Source: a virus (lineage: Duplodnaviria; Caudoviricetes). From it: 64,000 nucleotides of DNA. The position numbers and the translations under genes are program-made. Positions 28,485-38,263 of the stretch are shown here, piece after piece (position 1 is the first letter of the stretch; each line of letters starts with the position of its first letter). The DNA is taken from IMG/VR virus record IMGVR_UViG_3300046490_000096, positions 17,161 through 81,160 of that record; one strand, 5' to 3'. The notes beneath the pieces were generated by a model. It saw only the letters and a program-made list of their open reading frames with translations. It ran no database searches and was not told the DNA's origin.

Positions 28485-28588
28485 CTAACGGGATCCCTAG
28501 ACTTGACTCGTCGCTCAACCTGTTTTGAGCGTTTTGATGCGCCGCTCTCGCCTATGTGCCTGGATTCGTTGCGTTTTGCAGTGCGGCG

Positions 28589-28609
28589 ATAGTCACAACT
28601 TGTGACGAT
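28589..28609. promoter_or_regulatory. 21-bp palindrome (motif C copy)
   Basis: ATAGTCACAA-C-TTGTGACGAT. Confidence 0.65.
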
Positions 28610-29160
28610 CGATTTTCCAGGAACAGGCCCAGCACATCGAGCCGGAAGTCCAGGTCGGAACGGGCGATGCGCGCCAGCTCTTCGCGCGTGAAGTCCGGCG
28701 CTCGAGGGCGGTGAACCTCGCGGCGCCTGGCCTGGCGGAGCTCGCGCAGGAAGCGGCGTTCTGTGCGGCGCTCGCCTCGGGTGGTCATGCGCGCACCGGA
28801 GGCAGTGATTTTCGGAGCCGTCGCATCAGTTCGTCCGCCAGTTCGTTCTCCTCTTCGGGTGTCCCTGCCAGAATTTTCAGCGAAGTCATCTTGCCCTGCG
28901 CCTCGTTCACCCGCACCTGATCGGCCAACGCGCGCAACATGGCCTCGGTCTTGCCGGACCTCACGGCTCATCTCCCACGTAGCACCGGCACTCGGTGAAT
29001 TGTAGGCGACATCCGGTGCAGAGCGGGCCCTGGCGTTCGGCGAAGGCGTCAGCAATCGCCCTCCGCTCGCGTTCGTCCTGCGCCAGCTCTTCCTTGCGCC
29101 TCTCGGCCCGCATGTAGTCGGCTACCCTGTCGGCTAGGTCGCGGTCGCCTTCGTCGCGCT

Positions 29161-29517
29161 TCACCGTTCACCTCCCGCCATGTCTACGCACCCCACGCGT
29201 TTCCCCTGGTCGTAGACCATCATGGCCGCCTCCCATAGGCACCGGAAGCACAGGCACAGGGACTGTTCATCGTAGTCGTCGGCGCCGTCCGAAATTCTCA
29301 CCACAGCTTCCGGGGTCTCGCCGCACTGAGAGCATGCCTCGACACGCGTCCCTGAGCGGTTGCCGATGACCCTGTCCACGTCGTCAGGGCTCGGGGTGGG
29401 CCCAAGCTCGGCCAGGGCTGCCCCTATGATCGCTTGCGGAAGCGGTCCTTCCGGATATTTCTTGCGCCAAGCTCCCGCCGCCCCATTGGCCAGCGACTGC
29501 CTGGTGATGCGTACCAT
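29161..29517 (-). CDS. Hypothetical phage protein with CxxC pairs
   Basis: PDDVDRVIGNRSGTR..CSQC...CFRC. Confidence 0.5.
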   Translation of the reverse strand: MVRITRQSLANGAAGAWRKKYPEGPLPQAIIGAALAELGPTPSPDDVDRVIGNRSGTRVEACSQCGETPEAVVRISDGADDYDEQSLCLCFRCLWEAAMMVYDQGKRVGCVDMAGGER

Positions 29518-30230
29518 CGACGGCGCGCTCACTGTTCCACCTTGGCCGGACGGTCCACGGGCCACAGGTCGGGCATCCGCTCGAATGCTCGTCCGCCGTC
29601 GCTCCAGTTCGTGAGTTGGTCGTACATGGTCAGCTCCTAGGGTTGCAGGGTCCAGGTGTCGAGTAGTTCGTTGATCCGATAGCTCGCCTCTGCCTCGCGC
29701 TGTTCGGTGGCAGCGTTGGCGATTCGAGTCGCCGCCAGGTGCGCGTCTTCCAAGGCTTCCGCCTCGTCGAAGCCGCGGAATTCCCCCGGCATGGGCTTCG
29801 CCGGCAAGGGAGGGCACAGGTACAGCAGGACGCAAAGCAAATGGGCGGTCATGACTTTGTTCCTTTCAGCTTCTCGCACCTCTCGGCTATCGCGTTGGTG
29901 CAGTCGACTCGGCAGGATTCGCACGCATCCTCGGCCGGCGTGGCATCGCGGCTCACTTGCCTCCGCCACCACGCCCGGGCCGCGTCGGTCAGGTCCAGCC
30001 AGGCCACCGCGAGCCGACCGATCACCGCGTCCTCTCGGACAGCAGGCCCATGACGTTGTCCCAAAGGTCCCGCAATCCGCCCCGCTTCTCGGCCTTGGCT
30101 ACGATGGCCTCGGCGATGGCTTTCGAATCGACGCGTCCGAGCGTCTTGTGGTAGCAGCGGCTAGGGTCGCGAGCTACCAGATCCGCCATTGTCTTGACGG
30201 CGGGCAGGGGCTGCGTTTGGGTGAGCTTGC

Positions 30231-31289
30231 TCACAGCGCACCTCTCGCCGCCAGCAGATCGCGAGCCGCGGCCTCTATCGCCCGTTGCGCCCGCGCGTCC
30301 CGAGTCGCACGCAGCACACCGGACGGCGCCCCCTCCTCGACGGACAGACCATGGGCCGCGCAATACTGGCGAATTCCTTGATCGCAGAGTCCAGCGGCGC
30401 GGGCGTGCTGATAAGTCACGCGGATGTTTGGGCACATGACCGTCACCAGGTGTAGCCGGCGTGCCTGGCGATGGGTCTGGCGCTTCTCCGCGTTCTCCCG
30501 CTCCACCACGGCGCGCTTGGCCGCAATCTCGGCTTTGCACGCTGCCACGGTGGCTCCGTGCTCCCATTTCCCAAATCGCCCCTGGAGATCTGTCGGCATC
30601 GCGATGGCCACGCCAGTGCGACGGAAGCTTGAATTGTAGCGGTCCACCCGAGTGCCCCGGTCGACTGCCAGGATCTCCCCGTCGAGCAGCGCACCTTGCT
30701 TGCGCTTGCGCCAGCCGTTCGGCAGGCCCTTGAGCGAGATGGTGGCTGCCACCTTATCCAGGTGAGTGCGTAGCTCGACCGACAGAGCGGCGACGCCTCC
30801 CGCGGGCAGAGCTGGCGTCACGGTCGCGTGGACGCATCGGCGAGCAAGCCCGACGATCTGCGCGCCTGCGTTTCTCCACTTTTTCGGCCCGTAGGAGTTG
30901 TGCCACGACTTGCTGTAGTAGTCCCGACTCGAATCCTCTTGCCCACCGCGGCCGTAACTCACCACCGCCTCGGACGATGCCGCCAGAGGCTTGACGTGCT
31001 TGTGCCACGCATACCCAAGTGCCAAGGCCAGCGCCTTGAGCCCCATCCGCTCGGTGACGTCGACCGCCCGCGTGGCCCATGCCCGATATTCGCGCGACGT
31101 TTTGACCTTGCCTGCCGCCAAAGCACCGCGGTCGTCGTAGATTCGCTCCGGTGGCATTGCGCGACGGCGCGCGAGAATAGCGCCCGCTCGCTCGCGACGG
31201 ATGCGCGGACTACGGCGGGCGGCGATGCGCTCGGCCTCGACCAGGTTTTGCTCGACGGTGCGGGTAGCGCAAAGTGGTAATCGCTTCAT
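30231..31289 (-). CDS. Hypothetical early protein (Arg/Ala-rich)
   Basis: 352 aa. Its leader AACGGAGCAAGACCATG is shared with the 60523 gene. Confidence 0.6.
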   Translation of the reverse strand: MKRLPLCATRTVEQNLVEAERIAARRSPRIRRERAGAILARRRAMPPERIYDDRGALAAGKVKTSREYRAWATRAVDVTERMGLKALALALGYAWHKHVKPLAASSEAVVSYGRGGQEDSSRDYYSKSWHNSYGPKKWRNAGAQIVGLARRCVHATVTPALPAGGVAALSVELRTHLDKVAATISLKGLPNGWRKRKQGALLDGEILAVDRGTRVDRYNSSFRRTGVAIAMPTDLQGRFGKWEHGATVAACKAEIAAKRAVVERENAEKRQTHRQARRLHLVTVMCPNIRVTYQHARAAGLCDQGIRQYCAAHGLSVEEGAPSGVLRATRDARAQRAIEAAARDLLAARGAL

Positions 31290-31316
31290 GGTCTTGCTCC
31301 GTTCTTGGGTTGGCTG

Positions 31317-31604
31317 CTAGAGGCTGGTGGTGGTGAAGTTGGTGTTGAGGCGCTTGGTGGTGTCCATGTGCATGAGCACCGCCGCTGCAATGTCGTACTC
31401 GGTCACCCGATGCGCCTTGGTCATGGCCAAGACAATGGCTTCCCGCTTGCCCTGGACCGCATAGCGCTCTTCCTGCGTCGCGATCTCGGTGTCGTACTCG
31501 TGGGTCAGATTGAGCGCTTCTTCTAGAAGCTTGCCGACGGTGGCCAGCTTGCGGTTGATTGCGCGCTCCATCTTGGCCATCTCGGTCTGTGTTTTCGTTG
31601 ACAT
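31317..31604 (-). CDS. Coiled-coil hypothetical early protein (apparently leaderless)
   Basis: The ATG of MSTKTQ lies 6 nt after TATCTT. Confidence 0.6.
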   Translation of the reverse strand: MSTKTQTEMAKMERAINRKLATVGKLLEEALNLTHEYDTEIATQEERYAVQGKREAIVLAMTKAHRVTEYDIAAAVLMHMDTTKRLNTNFTTTSL

Positions 31605-31681
31605 ACCCTCAAGATACAGCCGGACCGATTCCCGGTCAATGGTATTTTTCAAGTACCGTGAAATAAAATGCAGCGAGTCAA
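31605..31681 (-). promoter_or_regulatory. Motif B promoter plus operator (copy 2)
   Basis: TTGACC-N17-TATCTT; GGTACTTGAAAAATACC at 31641-31657. Confidence 0.75.
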
Positions 31682-31703
31682 GCGGCCGCGCAATTCCCTA
31701 GGA

Positions 31704-32477
31704 TTATCGGCTAGTTACGTCGCCAGCTGTGCCAGCGCCGCGCCCGAGAATCGCCGCCCCCCACCTGCTTATTGCTTCGCGACAGAAGAATTGACTCATT
31801 ACGGTGTCTGTCCCCTTCCCCATCGGGTAGTCCCGCATTTCCTCGTCCCATACGCACCACGAACAGCGGCACTGAGGCGGATGCCCCTCGTACTCGTCTC
31901 GCGGGATGACCCACGCCTGGTTCTTGAACTCGACCTCGAGGGAAGGGAGCCCGTAGGTCGGGTCGACCTTCGATGCGAACCCGGTCGTGTAGCTTTCGAT
32001 CTTGTACCAGATGGAGCTCGAACTCGGGTCGCTCTGAATCCAGTCCACGAGGCTCTGCTGGTAGCCGTTGTTCTCGACCATGATGATCGACAGCGTGGGG
32101 TGCCGCTCGTTTACCCCGGCGATGTGGGCCGCGGTCTCGGGCGACTTCCAGCCTCCCCGGAGTATCTCGAGCGGATACCGGCGAAGGGTGGCCGGGTCGA
32201 TTGCCGCCACGAAGATGACGTTGCCCGGCCTGGCCTTGCCCGCCAGGTCGACTCCGGCGAACACGGGCCATCCCCTGCGCGCGACCTCGCCCAGGACGAC
32301 GCCGTGGGAGTAGCACGTGGTGAAGCTCGGGAACATCCGCTCCTCGTCCGAGAAAGCGCGCATCTGGAAGCCGCGGGAGAAGGCGCGAGGGTTGTCGGCC
32401 TGCTCCTGGCGTAGGCGCTCGGTGTTCCAGTGGGCCTGCCAGACGGGGACGGAGCGGATGCGGCGCTCGCTGTTCAC
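31704..32477 (-). CDS. terL: Terminase large subunit, C-terminal RNase H-like nuclease half (stand-alone gene)
   Basis: PVWQAHW..ERL linker, AGVDLAG, IMVENNGYQ and DTVMS acidic motifs; no ATPase. The GTG start overlaps the upstream TGA. Confidence 0.8.
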   Translation of the reverse strand: MNSERRIRSVPVWQAHWNTERLRQEQADNPRAFSRGFQMRAFSDEERMFPSFTTCYSHGVVLGEVARRGWPVFAGVDLAGKARPGNVIFVAAIDPATLRRYPLEILRGGWKSPETAAHIAGVNERHPTLSIIMVENNGYQQSLVDWIQSDPSSSSIWYKIESYTTGFASKVDPTYGLPSLEVEFKNQAWVIPRDEYEGHPPQCRCSWCVWDEEMRDYPMGKGTDTVMSQFFCREAISRWGAAILGRGAGTAGDVTSR

Positions 32478-33315
32478 GTCGCAGACCCCTCGTCGTCGAC
32501 TTCCACCAGGAGGACGACTTCAAGCTCTCCGAGGTAGCGCGGTATCCACTCCATCTTGAGCCGGTGGGCCTCGGGCATCGCGGCCTCCTCGCTTGGGAAC
32601 AGCATCTTGCTCTGGATGAAGGGTTCGGTGTCCCCAATCTTGCGCACGGCTGGCCTGTAGAGCGCGCGAGCCATCACGCCCGGCCCCGATCGCGCACCGA
32701 TGCCACCACGTCCATCAACTCGACCAGCCTAGCCCTTCTCTCGCGGTCCTCTTTGGCAGACGCGTAGAAGTAGCGGACCACGCACCACTGCTTCCTGTCA
32801 CAGTCCGCTGCTGGGTAGACCGTGCGCACCTGCTCGTTCAGGAAGTGCGTCCGCTTCAAGTGCTGGCGGCGGGCTCCGAAGCGGTAGTAGGAGATCATGC
32901 CGGACTCGCTCCCTCGCCTGCCTTCACGGTCACGCGTCCGCAGCGGTAGCAGAATAGGTCATGCGTCTTTAGGTCATCCAACGTGAGATTGCGATCCATC
33001 GGCGTCAGATCGCCTAGTTCATCATCGCCGCACACCGGGCAAATCGGCCAGCCGTCTTCGCGCCAGGATTCTGGCTTCACGCCCGGCCTCGATTCACATG
33101 CCCGTGCATGATCCCCATGTCGGTCATCGTCTCGGCGGACACCTCACCTTGAACCCGCGGGGAGTCCTCCGGGTCGTCGAAGATTTCCGCCTCGTCCTCG
33201 GCCTTGCCGTCGAGGTAGCCTTCGACGAAGTCCTGCATGTCGGCGATGGCTTCCTTGCGCTCCTCGGGCAGGAGCTTCTCAAACTCCCGGTAGAACGCCT
33301 TGGTCAGGGGGTGCA

Positions 33316-34677
33316 TCACCCCGCCGCCTCCACCTCTACTGGATCTTCTTCCCTCACCCACACAGCTAGCCTCGCCCGCACCACATTCCAGTCCAGGTTC
33401 CTGAACGCCGCCGCCATGCCCACGTCCTTCCGCGCGCCGTAGTCCATCATGTACGCGTCCGGGCTTGCGTCGATGGCCAGCAGGACCGGGCAGCCAGCCG
33501 GCACGCCTTCGTAGCCTCCGCCCACCAGCGCGTTTCGCACGGCGTTTCGGCGCGGGTCCCAGACCGTGAGCGCCCAGCCTTGCTCGACGCTTCCCAGAAT
33601 TGCCCGCAGGTCCAGCAGGTAGCTTGTCATCGAGCCCCAGGTCTTCGTCACCTCGCGGAGCAGAACGCCCGTGGGCATCTTCGCGAAGTCCGGCACCTCG
33701 CCGATGTAGTCCTTGTTCCGCGTGAGGGCCTCGAAGTACAGCTCATGCAACCGGACCGCGTTGTAGGCGGCCGGCTCCTGGCGTAGCAGCTCCGAATGCT
33801 CGGACCAGCCTTCGAAGCTCTTGAACGGCCTCGCCCCTTGCCCCGTGCCAAGAGCTTCTCCCACGGTGCCCTTGAGCTTGCGATACGAGACGGGCCGGCC
33901 TGGGTAGAGGTTCGTCGGCGCCGCGTTCAGGATACCAGCCTTGGCCAGGCCTTCCATGTAGCGGAGCTTGTCCAGCGCCTTGGGCCAGTCCGCGTATTCC
34001 TGCTCCCACTGTGATGTCGGGTCCAGCCAGCAGGCGAACGTCTCGGCCCAGTCCTCGTCCGGATGCTTCTGGCCGTAGTGGTCGCTCACGTCCGTGAGGT
34101 ACTCCACGAAATCCTCGCTCCGCGCGTCCGAAGGGAACTCGTCGCGATACGGAATCCGGAAGTCACCGAAGAGCGCTTCCCAGTCCGGTCGGCGCCACAG
34201 CTCGTGCGTGTAGTTGACCGCGTGGCCTATCTCGTGGCGTAGGCACTTGAGCACCTCGTCTTGCGAGTAAGCCGTCCCTTCCTGCCTGTTCGCCAGTCGC
34301 CAAAGCGTAGGGTTGGCCAGGTACCACGGGATGTTGATGCTCAGCCCGCGGTCAGTCGTCCACCAGTCGTCATCGCCCAGGTAAAAGTTGGGCGACACGT
34401 TCACGCCGGCCGCGACCAGCTCCTTCTTCACCTGGTAGATGGCCGCCGCCAGCGCACCCTGAATCTTGAGCTCCAGGGAAGCCACAGGAGCCGCCAGTAT
34501 CGCCGCGACCTTGGGCGGAGGAGACTCGCCCCAGTCCGTGAGCGGGTAGGCCGCCTCGATCGCGTTCAGGCGCTTCACCGCCTCCGCGTATCCGCCCAGG
34601 TGCGCGGCCAGCATGCGGTCGCTGATCCCGACCAAGTGGCCGCGAAGGTAGGAGAAGTCTCGGGCGATGATGGGCAT
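33316..34677 (-). CDS. Fe/Mn-SOD-fold protein with an inserted HExxH zinc metallopeptidase domain
   Basis: SOD-like RDFSYL...AAHLGGY, NAVRLHELYF and AIDASPDAYMMDYG...FRNLDWNVV flank LRHEIGHAVNY...HYGQKHPDEDWAETFA. Confidence 0.75.
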   Translation of the reverse strand: MPIIARDFSYLRGHLVGISDRMLAAHLGGYAEAVKRLNAIEAAYPLTDWGESPPPKVAAILAAPVASLELKIQGALAAAIYQVKKELVAAGVNVSPNFYLGDDDWWTTDRGLSINIPWYLANPTLWRLANRQEGTAYSQDEVLKCLRHEIGHAVNYTHELWRRPDWEALFGDFRIPYRDEFPSDARSEDFVEYLTDVSDHYGQKHPDEDWAETFACWLDPTSQWEQEYADWPKALDKLRYMEGLAKAGILNAAPTNLYPGRPVSYRKLKGTVGEALGTGQGARPFKSFEGWSEHSELLRQEPAAYNAVRLHELYFEALTRNKDYIGEVPDFAKMPTGVLLREVTKTWGSMTSYLLDLRAILGSVEQGWALTVWDPRRNAVRNALVGGGYEGVPAGCPVLLAIDASPDAYMMDYGARKDVGMAAAFRNLDWNVVRARLAVWVREEDPVEVEAAG

Positions 34678-34682
34678 GGGTT

Positions 34683-35072
34683 CTATCCTACCACCGGCAC
34701 GACCGTGACCCATACGCCGGGCTTGGTCCCCTGCATGTGATTGTGAGTGCTTCCCAGGTAGTAATCCGGGCTGTCGTCCAGAATGAGCTTGGCCGTCTTG
34801 AGCCCATCGTTGACAAACTTCGTTCCAGCTTCGCGATTGTCCCGATCCATCTCGGACTTGTTGCCGTTGATGGGAGCCACCCACAGGAGTTCCAGCCGGT
34901 ATGCTCCGGCCACCTTGGTGACCTGCGCAGCCTTTGCCATCCAAGCGACGTTCTCGGTCCACAGCTTCTTCAGACGAGCGTACTTGAATCCACGCCCGCC
35001 GCATCCCTTGCACGCTTCGATGACCTCGTTTAGGCCGGGCATCTGGCCGTTGACCCAAAAGCGCGTTGCCAC
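34683..35072 (-). CDS. RusA-like Holliday junction resolvase
   Basis: MPGLNE...DRDNREAGTKFVNDGL..AKLILDD acidic motif pattern. Confidence 0.7.
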   Translation of the reverse strand: MATRFWVNGQMPGLNEVIEACKGCGGRGFKYARLKKLWTENVAWMAKAAQVTKVAGAYRLELLWVAPINGNKSEMDRDNREAGTKFVNDGLKTAKLILDDSPDYYLGSTHNHMQGTKPGVWVTVVPVVG

Positions 35073-35255
35073 CCTATCCTCCCATGAAGGATCGTCCCGT
35101 GGCCGTCTCGCACGCCTCCGACCAGCCGCCGCGCTCCGGACGTGCATTGCCGCACGCCTCGCAAAACACGCCGTCGTCGTCTTCCCGCTCGACGTGTCCA
35201 CGAGTAGTTCCATCCGGGTTGGGGACGAAACGCACGTCCGGGAACGGCTCCGGAC

Positions 35256-35510
35256 TCATTGACAGGTGCTCGCCGCGGTCAGTGCCTTCACGTCCCAGGG
35301 CACCGTTTGGGCCGCGTTGGTGCAGACCTCGGCGCAGGTGTGGCCCATGGGTGTTGGCTTCGCCCAGGTGCATCCCAGCTTCGTTCCTTGCGCGCACGCA
35401 GAGGTGCATGTCGCGGCCGGCGCGGGACAGGGCTTGGTGGCCTCGGTCGGGCAAGGCGTGGTAGCGCAGGCCGAAAACAACGCGATCACCATGATGAATA
35501 TGATTTTCAT
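35256..35510 (-). CDS. Cys-rich lipoprotein
   Basis: MKIIFIMVIALFSA-C lipobox-like signal; 9 Cys in 84 aa. Confidence 0.7.
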   Translation of the reverse strand: MKIIFIMVIALFSACATTPCPTEATKPCPAPAATCTSACAQGTKLGCTWAKPTPMGHTCAEVCTNAAQTVPWDVKALTAASTCQ

Positions 35511-36328
35511 TGTCGAACTCCAGCGGGGACGAGCAGGTTGATCCAGAGGTCAGAAGCCCCGTAGTTAGGGCTGGTCAAATAGTCATATCCGAACCTGCAG
35601 CAACCATCTGGAAGTCCAGGCTCATGCCCGCCTTCCTTGCCCCAGGAGCCCTTGATGAGGACCCACTCCTCGGCATGGTTGAACCCGGCAATCGTGAGAC
35701 AGTGGCCTCCCGCGATGGTGTCGCGCGATGTCGGCGCGTGAATGATTCCGGTCGGGGTTGAGCTGCAGAACTCTTCAGTGACGAGACAGCCGAAGGGGAT
35801 GCCGTGCTTTGCGGTTGAGGCCGTTTCGATGTCACCAATCAGTGTCGCACCTTGCGAGCTGATGGGATGATAGTTGATTCCAATGGTCCCCCGCGAATCA
35901 AAGGCCGCCCTGTCCACGTCAGGACCTGGAAGCTGTTTGAACTTCGAGATGTCGTACGGGTACACGCTCTCATTCGGCACACCCTTGGCAGCCAAGATGG
36001 TGTAGGCGTCCCCGATGTTTCCGCCTGCGTCCTGGTTTACTTTGCCCTCCAGATACCGGATACCGAAATAGAGCCAAAGGCGCGCCAGCACGAATGCGGG
36101 AACGCCAGCCTTCTTCATGGCCATGTACATGGCCTGCGCCGGTCCGTTGCTCTGGCAGCTTCCCAGCTGGCCCTGGTCGAGGTCGCAGGTAAGCGAGGAG
36201 TTGTCGGCCGACTTTGCCTTCGCAAGCCCAGCCAGCACACTATCGCCGGCCTCTGGGTGCGCCTTCAGCAGCGTCCTGATTCGTTGCTCTGGAGTTGGGG
36301 CTACCCAACCGAGTGCTCTTGTGTTCAT
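35507..36328 (-). CDS. Papain-like (C1) cysteine protease
   Basis: DQGQLGSC (oxyanion Gln and catalytic Cys), GGHCL (His), and KGSWG where NSWG is expected. Confidence 0.85.
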   Translation of the reverse strand: MNTRALGWVAPTPEQRIRTLLKAHPEAGDSVLAGLAKAKSADNSSLTCDLDQGQLGSCQSNGPAQAMYMAMKKAGVPAFVLARLWLYFGIRYLEGKVNQDAGGNIGDAYTILAAKGVPNESVYPYDISKFKQLPGPDVDRAAFDSRGTIGINYHPISSQGATLIGDIETASTAKHGIPFGCLVTEEFCSSTPTGIIHAPTSRDTIAGGHCLTIAGFNHAEEWVLIKGSWGKEGGHEPGLPDGCCRFGYDYLTSPNYGASDLWINLLVPAGVRQ

Positions 36329-36648
36329 TGATTTTCCTTTCGTTTGCATGCTGGCCAGTACGGTTCGCCACAGCTCCCCGCGGCCACTTTTGCTTGAGCT
36401 TCCCCGCGGCACGGCTCCTCGATGCCACAAGCGTTCCACGCGCAAGCCGACCACACCATTCCCTGGTCGTCCACGCAGGAGGCTGGGACAGCGTAGTGGG
36501 GCGTGCAGCGCGGCTTCGCGTGAGCCTGCTCGAGGCGGGCCGCGAGTTCGGTTCCTGGCGTCGGATCGTGCGGCGCTGTCGCGCAGCTAGCGAGCGTCCC
36601 GATGATGAGGCCAGCCAGCCAGAGCCAGAGCAGGTGGATTGGCTTCAC
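36325..36648 (-). CDS. Cys-rich lipoprotein
   Basis: GTG start, MKPIHLLWLWLAGLIIGTLAS-C lipobox, 8 Cys. Confidence 0.65.
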   Translation of the reverse strand: MKPIHLLWLWLAGLIIGTLASCATAPHDPTPGTELAARLEQAHAKPRCTPHYAVPASCVDDQGMVWSACAWNACGIEEPCRGEAQAKVAAGSCGEPYWPACKRKENQ

Positions 36649-37154
36649 TTCCCCATCCTCGCCGCCTGCATCCGTTCCCCCTCCTCGCGCCCCAACATCG
36701 CCGCCTTGTGGACGTACGCCGGGCTGCCACCGAACGACGTCCCGAGCCCGAAGAGTAGCCGCCACTGGACTTGCGCCGGGCCGCTGGGCTGCTCGATGAT
36801 CTCCGGCCCCGCGCCGATCTGGATGTAGTTGGCGATGGACAAGATGAGCGACGGCGCGAGCTGATTCGGCTGCCCCTGTCCCACGAGGAACGAAGCATAG
36901 AGAGCAGCGCCGAGGGCAACCGGACCAGAGTAGGTCACACCGTAACCAACACCGGGGACGATGCCGCCCGAGAACTTCGAGGTGTTCAGGTTGAATTCCC
37001 CGACTGTGATTGCGACCGCTGGGCCGACGCATGTCTTCTGGTCGACGCCGAAGCACGTCCCAAATTGCGGGGTCTGCGCGTGCGCCTGCGTAGCCCCTGG
37101 AATTGCGTAGGTGGCCACAAAGGCGAGCAAGAATGCAAAGAGAAGTCGTTTCAT
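36645..37154 (-). CDS. Exported, possibly outer-membrane beta-strand protein
   Basis: Signal peptide MKRLLFAFLLAFVATYA followed by amphipathic beta strands (GVGYGVTY, YIQIGAG, WRLLFGLGTSF). Confidence 0.6.
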   Translation of the reverse strand: MKRLLFAFLLAFVATYAIPGATQAHAQTPQFGTCFGVDQKTCVGPAVAITVGEFNLNTSKFSGGIVPGVGYGVTYSGPVALGAALYASFLVGQGQPNQLAPSLILSIANYIQIGAGPEIIEQPSGPAQVQWRLLFGLGTSFGGSPAYVHKAAMLGREEGERMQAARMGK

Positions 37155-37555
37155 GTGGTGGGTCCTTTCTTGAACGGAACGGTGATGGGTGTCTTGTCAT
37201 CCTGCAACGGCACGGCCTGTTGCTTGGCCGGAGTGTTGACCGAATCTGGGTCAGCAGAGCGCGGGGCTTGCACCATGGGCACCACGTTGTCCTTGGCCGG
37301 GTTCCACGGCGCAACCGCACCGGGGGGCGTGGCGAGTCCCGCCTTGGCCATAGTCTGCCTGAGCCACGGCAAGGCCAGCGCCAGACCTCCGCAGGCCAGC
37401 ACCAAGATCCCGAGGATATGCACGATGCCCGTCACGTGGGGAATTCCGCTGGCGGTAAGCCAGTTCGCAGCGGCTTGGATGTCCGGTCCTGATACCGCCA
37501 GAATGCCCAGAAAAATCAGGACGGTGTTTCGATTCAGAGCTACGGGTAGCTTCAT
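37151..37555 (-). CDS. Membrane protein, holin-like candidate
   Basis: Two hydrophobic segments and a charged C-terminal tail. Confidence 0.5.
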   Translation of the reverse strand: MKLPVALNRNTVLIFLGILAVSGPDIQAAANWLTASGIPHVTGIVHILGILVLACGGLALALPWLRQTMAKAGLATPPGAVAPWNPAKDNVVPMVQAPRSADPDSVNTPAKQQAVPLQDDKTPITVPFKKGPTT

Positions 37556-37950
37556 GGTGTCACGTTCCCTTCTCGGTCGATGGTATCACGGCGGCGGACC
37601 TCCAAATTCCACAAAGCCTGCCAGCGCGCGACCTGCCCGGTCTGCCACTCGCGAAGCCGCTCCTTCTTCCACCCCTTGAACACTCCCGCGTTGGCGTGGA
37701 AGTCCATGTGGCACTTGTGGGCCATTGGCACACCCTGATCGTGCCCAGACTTCTTGCCCATGGCTCGGTTCTGTGTGTTGTGGTGCACCTCGACGGGACC
37801 GCACCCTCCCACGCGTGGGCAGCAACAGCGCTGCTTGTGCAGCCACTCAAGACGGAGCTTGTCTTCCGGCGCGATTGGCTTGGCCTTGCGCACCCGTCGC
37901 ATCGGCTTACGCCGGATTGGAGTCTTGCGTTTGAGTGGTGTTCGCTTCAT
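37552..37950 (-). CDS. HNH-fold / DUF968-like putative nuclease
   Basis: Basic MKRTPLKRKTP N-terminus; CCC...VEVHH...VPMAHKCHMDFH. Confidence 0.6.
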   Translation of the reverse strand: MKRTPLKRKTPIRRKPMRRVRKAKPIAPEDKLRLEWLHKQRCCCPRVGGCGPVEVHHNTQNRAMGKKSGHDQGVPMAHKCHMDFHANAGVFKGWKKERLREWQTGQVARWQALWNLEVRRRDTIDREGNVTP

Positions 37951-37963
37951 GTGATCCCCATTG

Positions 37964-38263
37964 TTAGCCCTCGCCCCAGCCCGCGCCACCGCCCTCGCCA
38001 GCGCCCCAGCCCGCGCCCTCGCCCTCGCCAGCGCCCTCGCCCGCGCCCTCGCCCTCGCCCGCGCCCTCGCCCGCGCCCGCGCCACCGCCCTCGCCAGCGC
38101 CCCAGCCCGCGCCAGCGCCCTCGCCAGCGCCCCAGCCCGCGCCCGCGCCACCGCCCCAGCCCGCGCCCTCGCCAGCGCCCCAGCCCGCGCCCGCGCCACC
38201 GCCCCAGCCCGCGCCCGCGCCACCGCCCTCGCCAGCGCCCGCGCCCGCGCCCCAGCCCGTCAC
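37964..38263 (-). repeat. (Gly-X)n repeat ORF built from GGC-NNN hexamers
   Basis: VTGWGAGAGAGEGGG...GWGEG*. The GTG start overlaps the upstream TGA. Confidence 0.7.

Noticed and set aside
28552-29055. 167-aa ORF as annotated
   Set aside because: The start and extent are doubtful, as it overlaps 28961..29164 and runs into a regulatory patch. Part may be a real shorter gene, but I could not fix its boundaries.
37960-38260. CRISPR array or DGR variable repeat
   Set aside because: The sequence is low-complexity hexamers without unique spacers, and no cas or reverse transcriptase gene is present.
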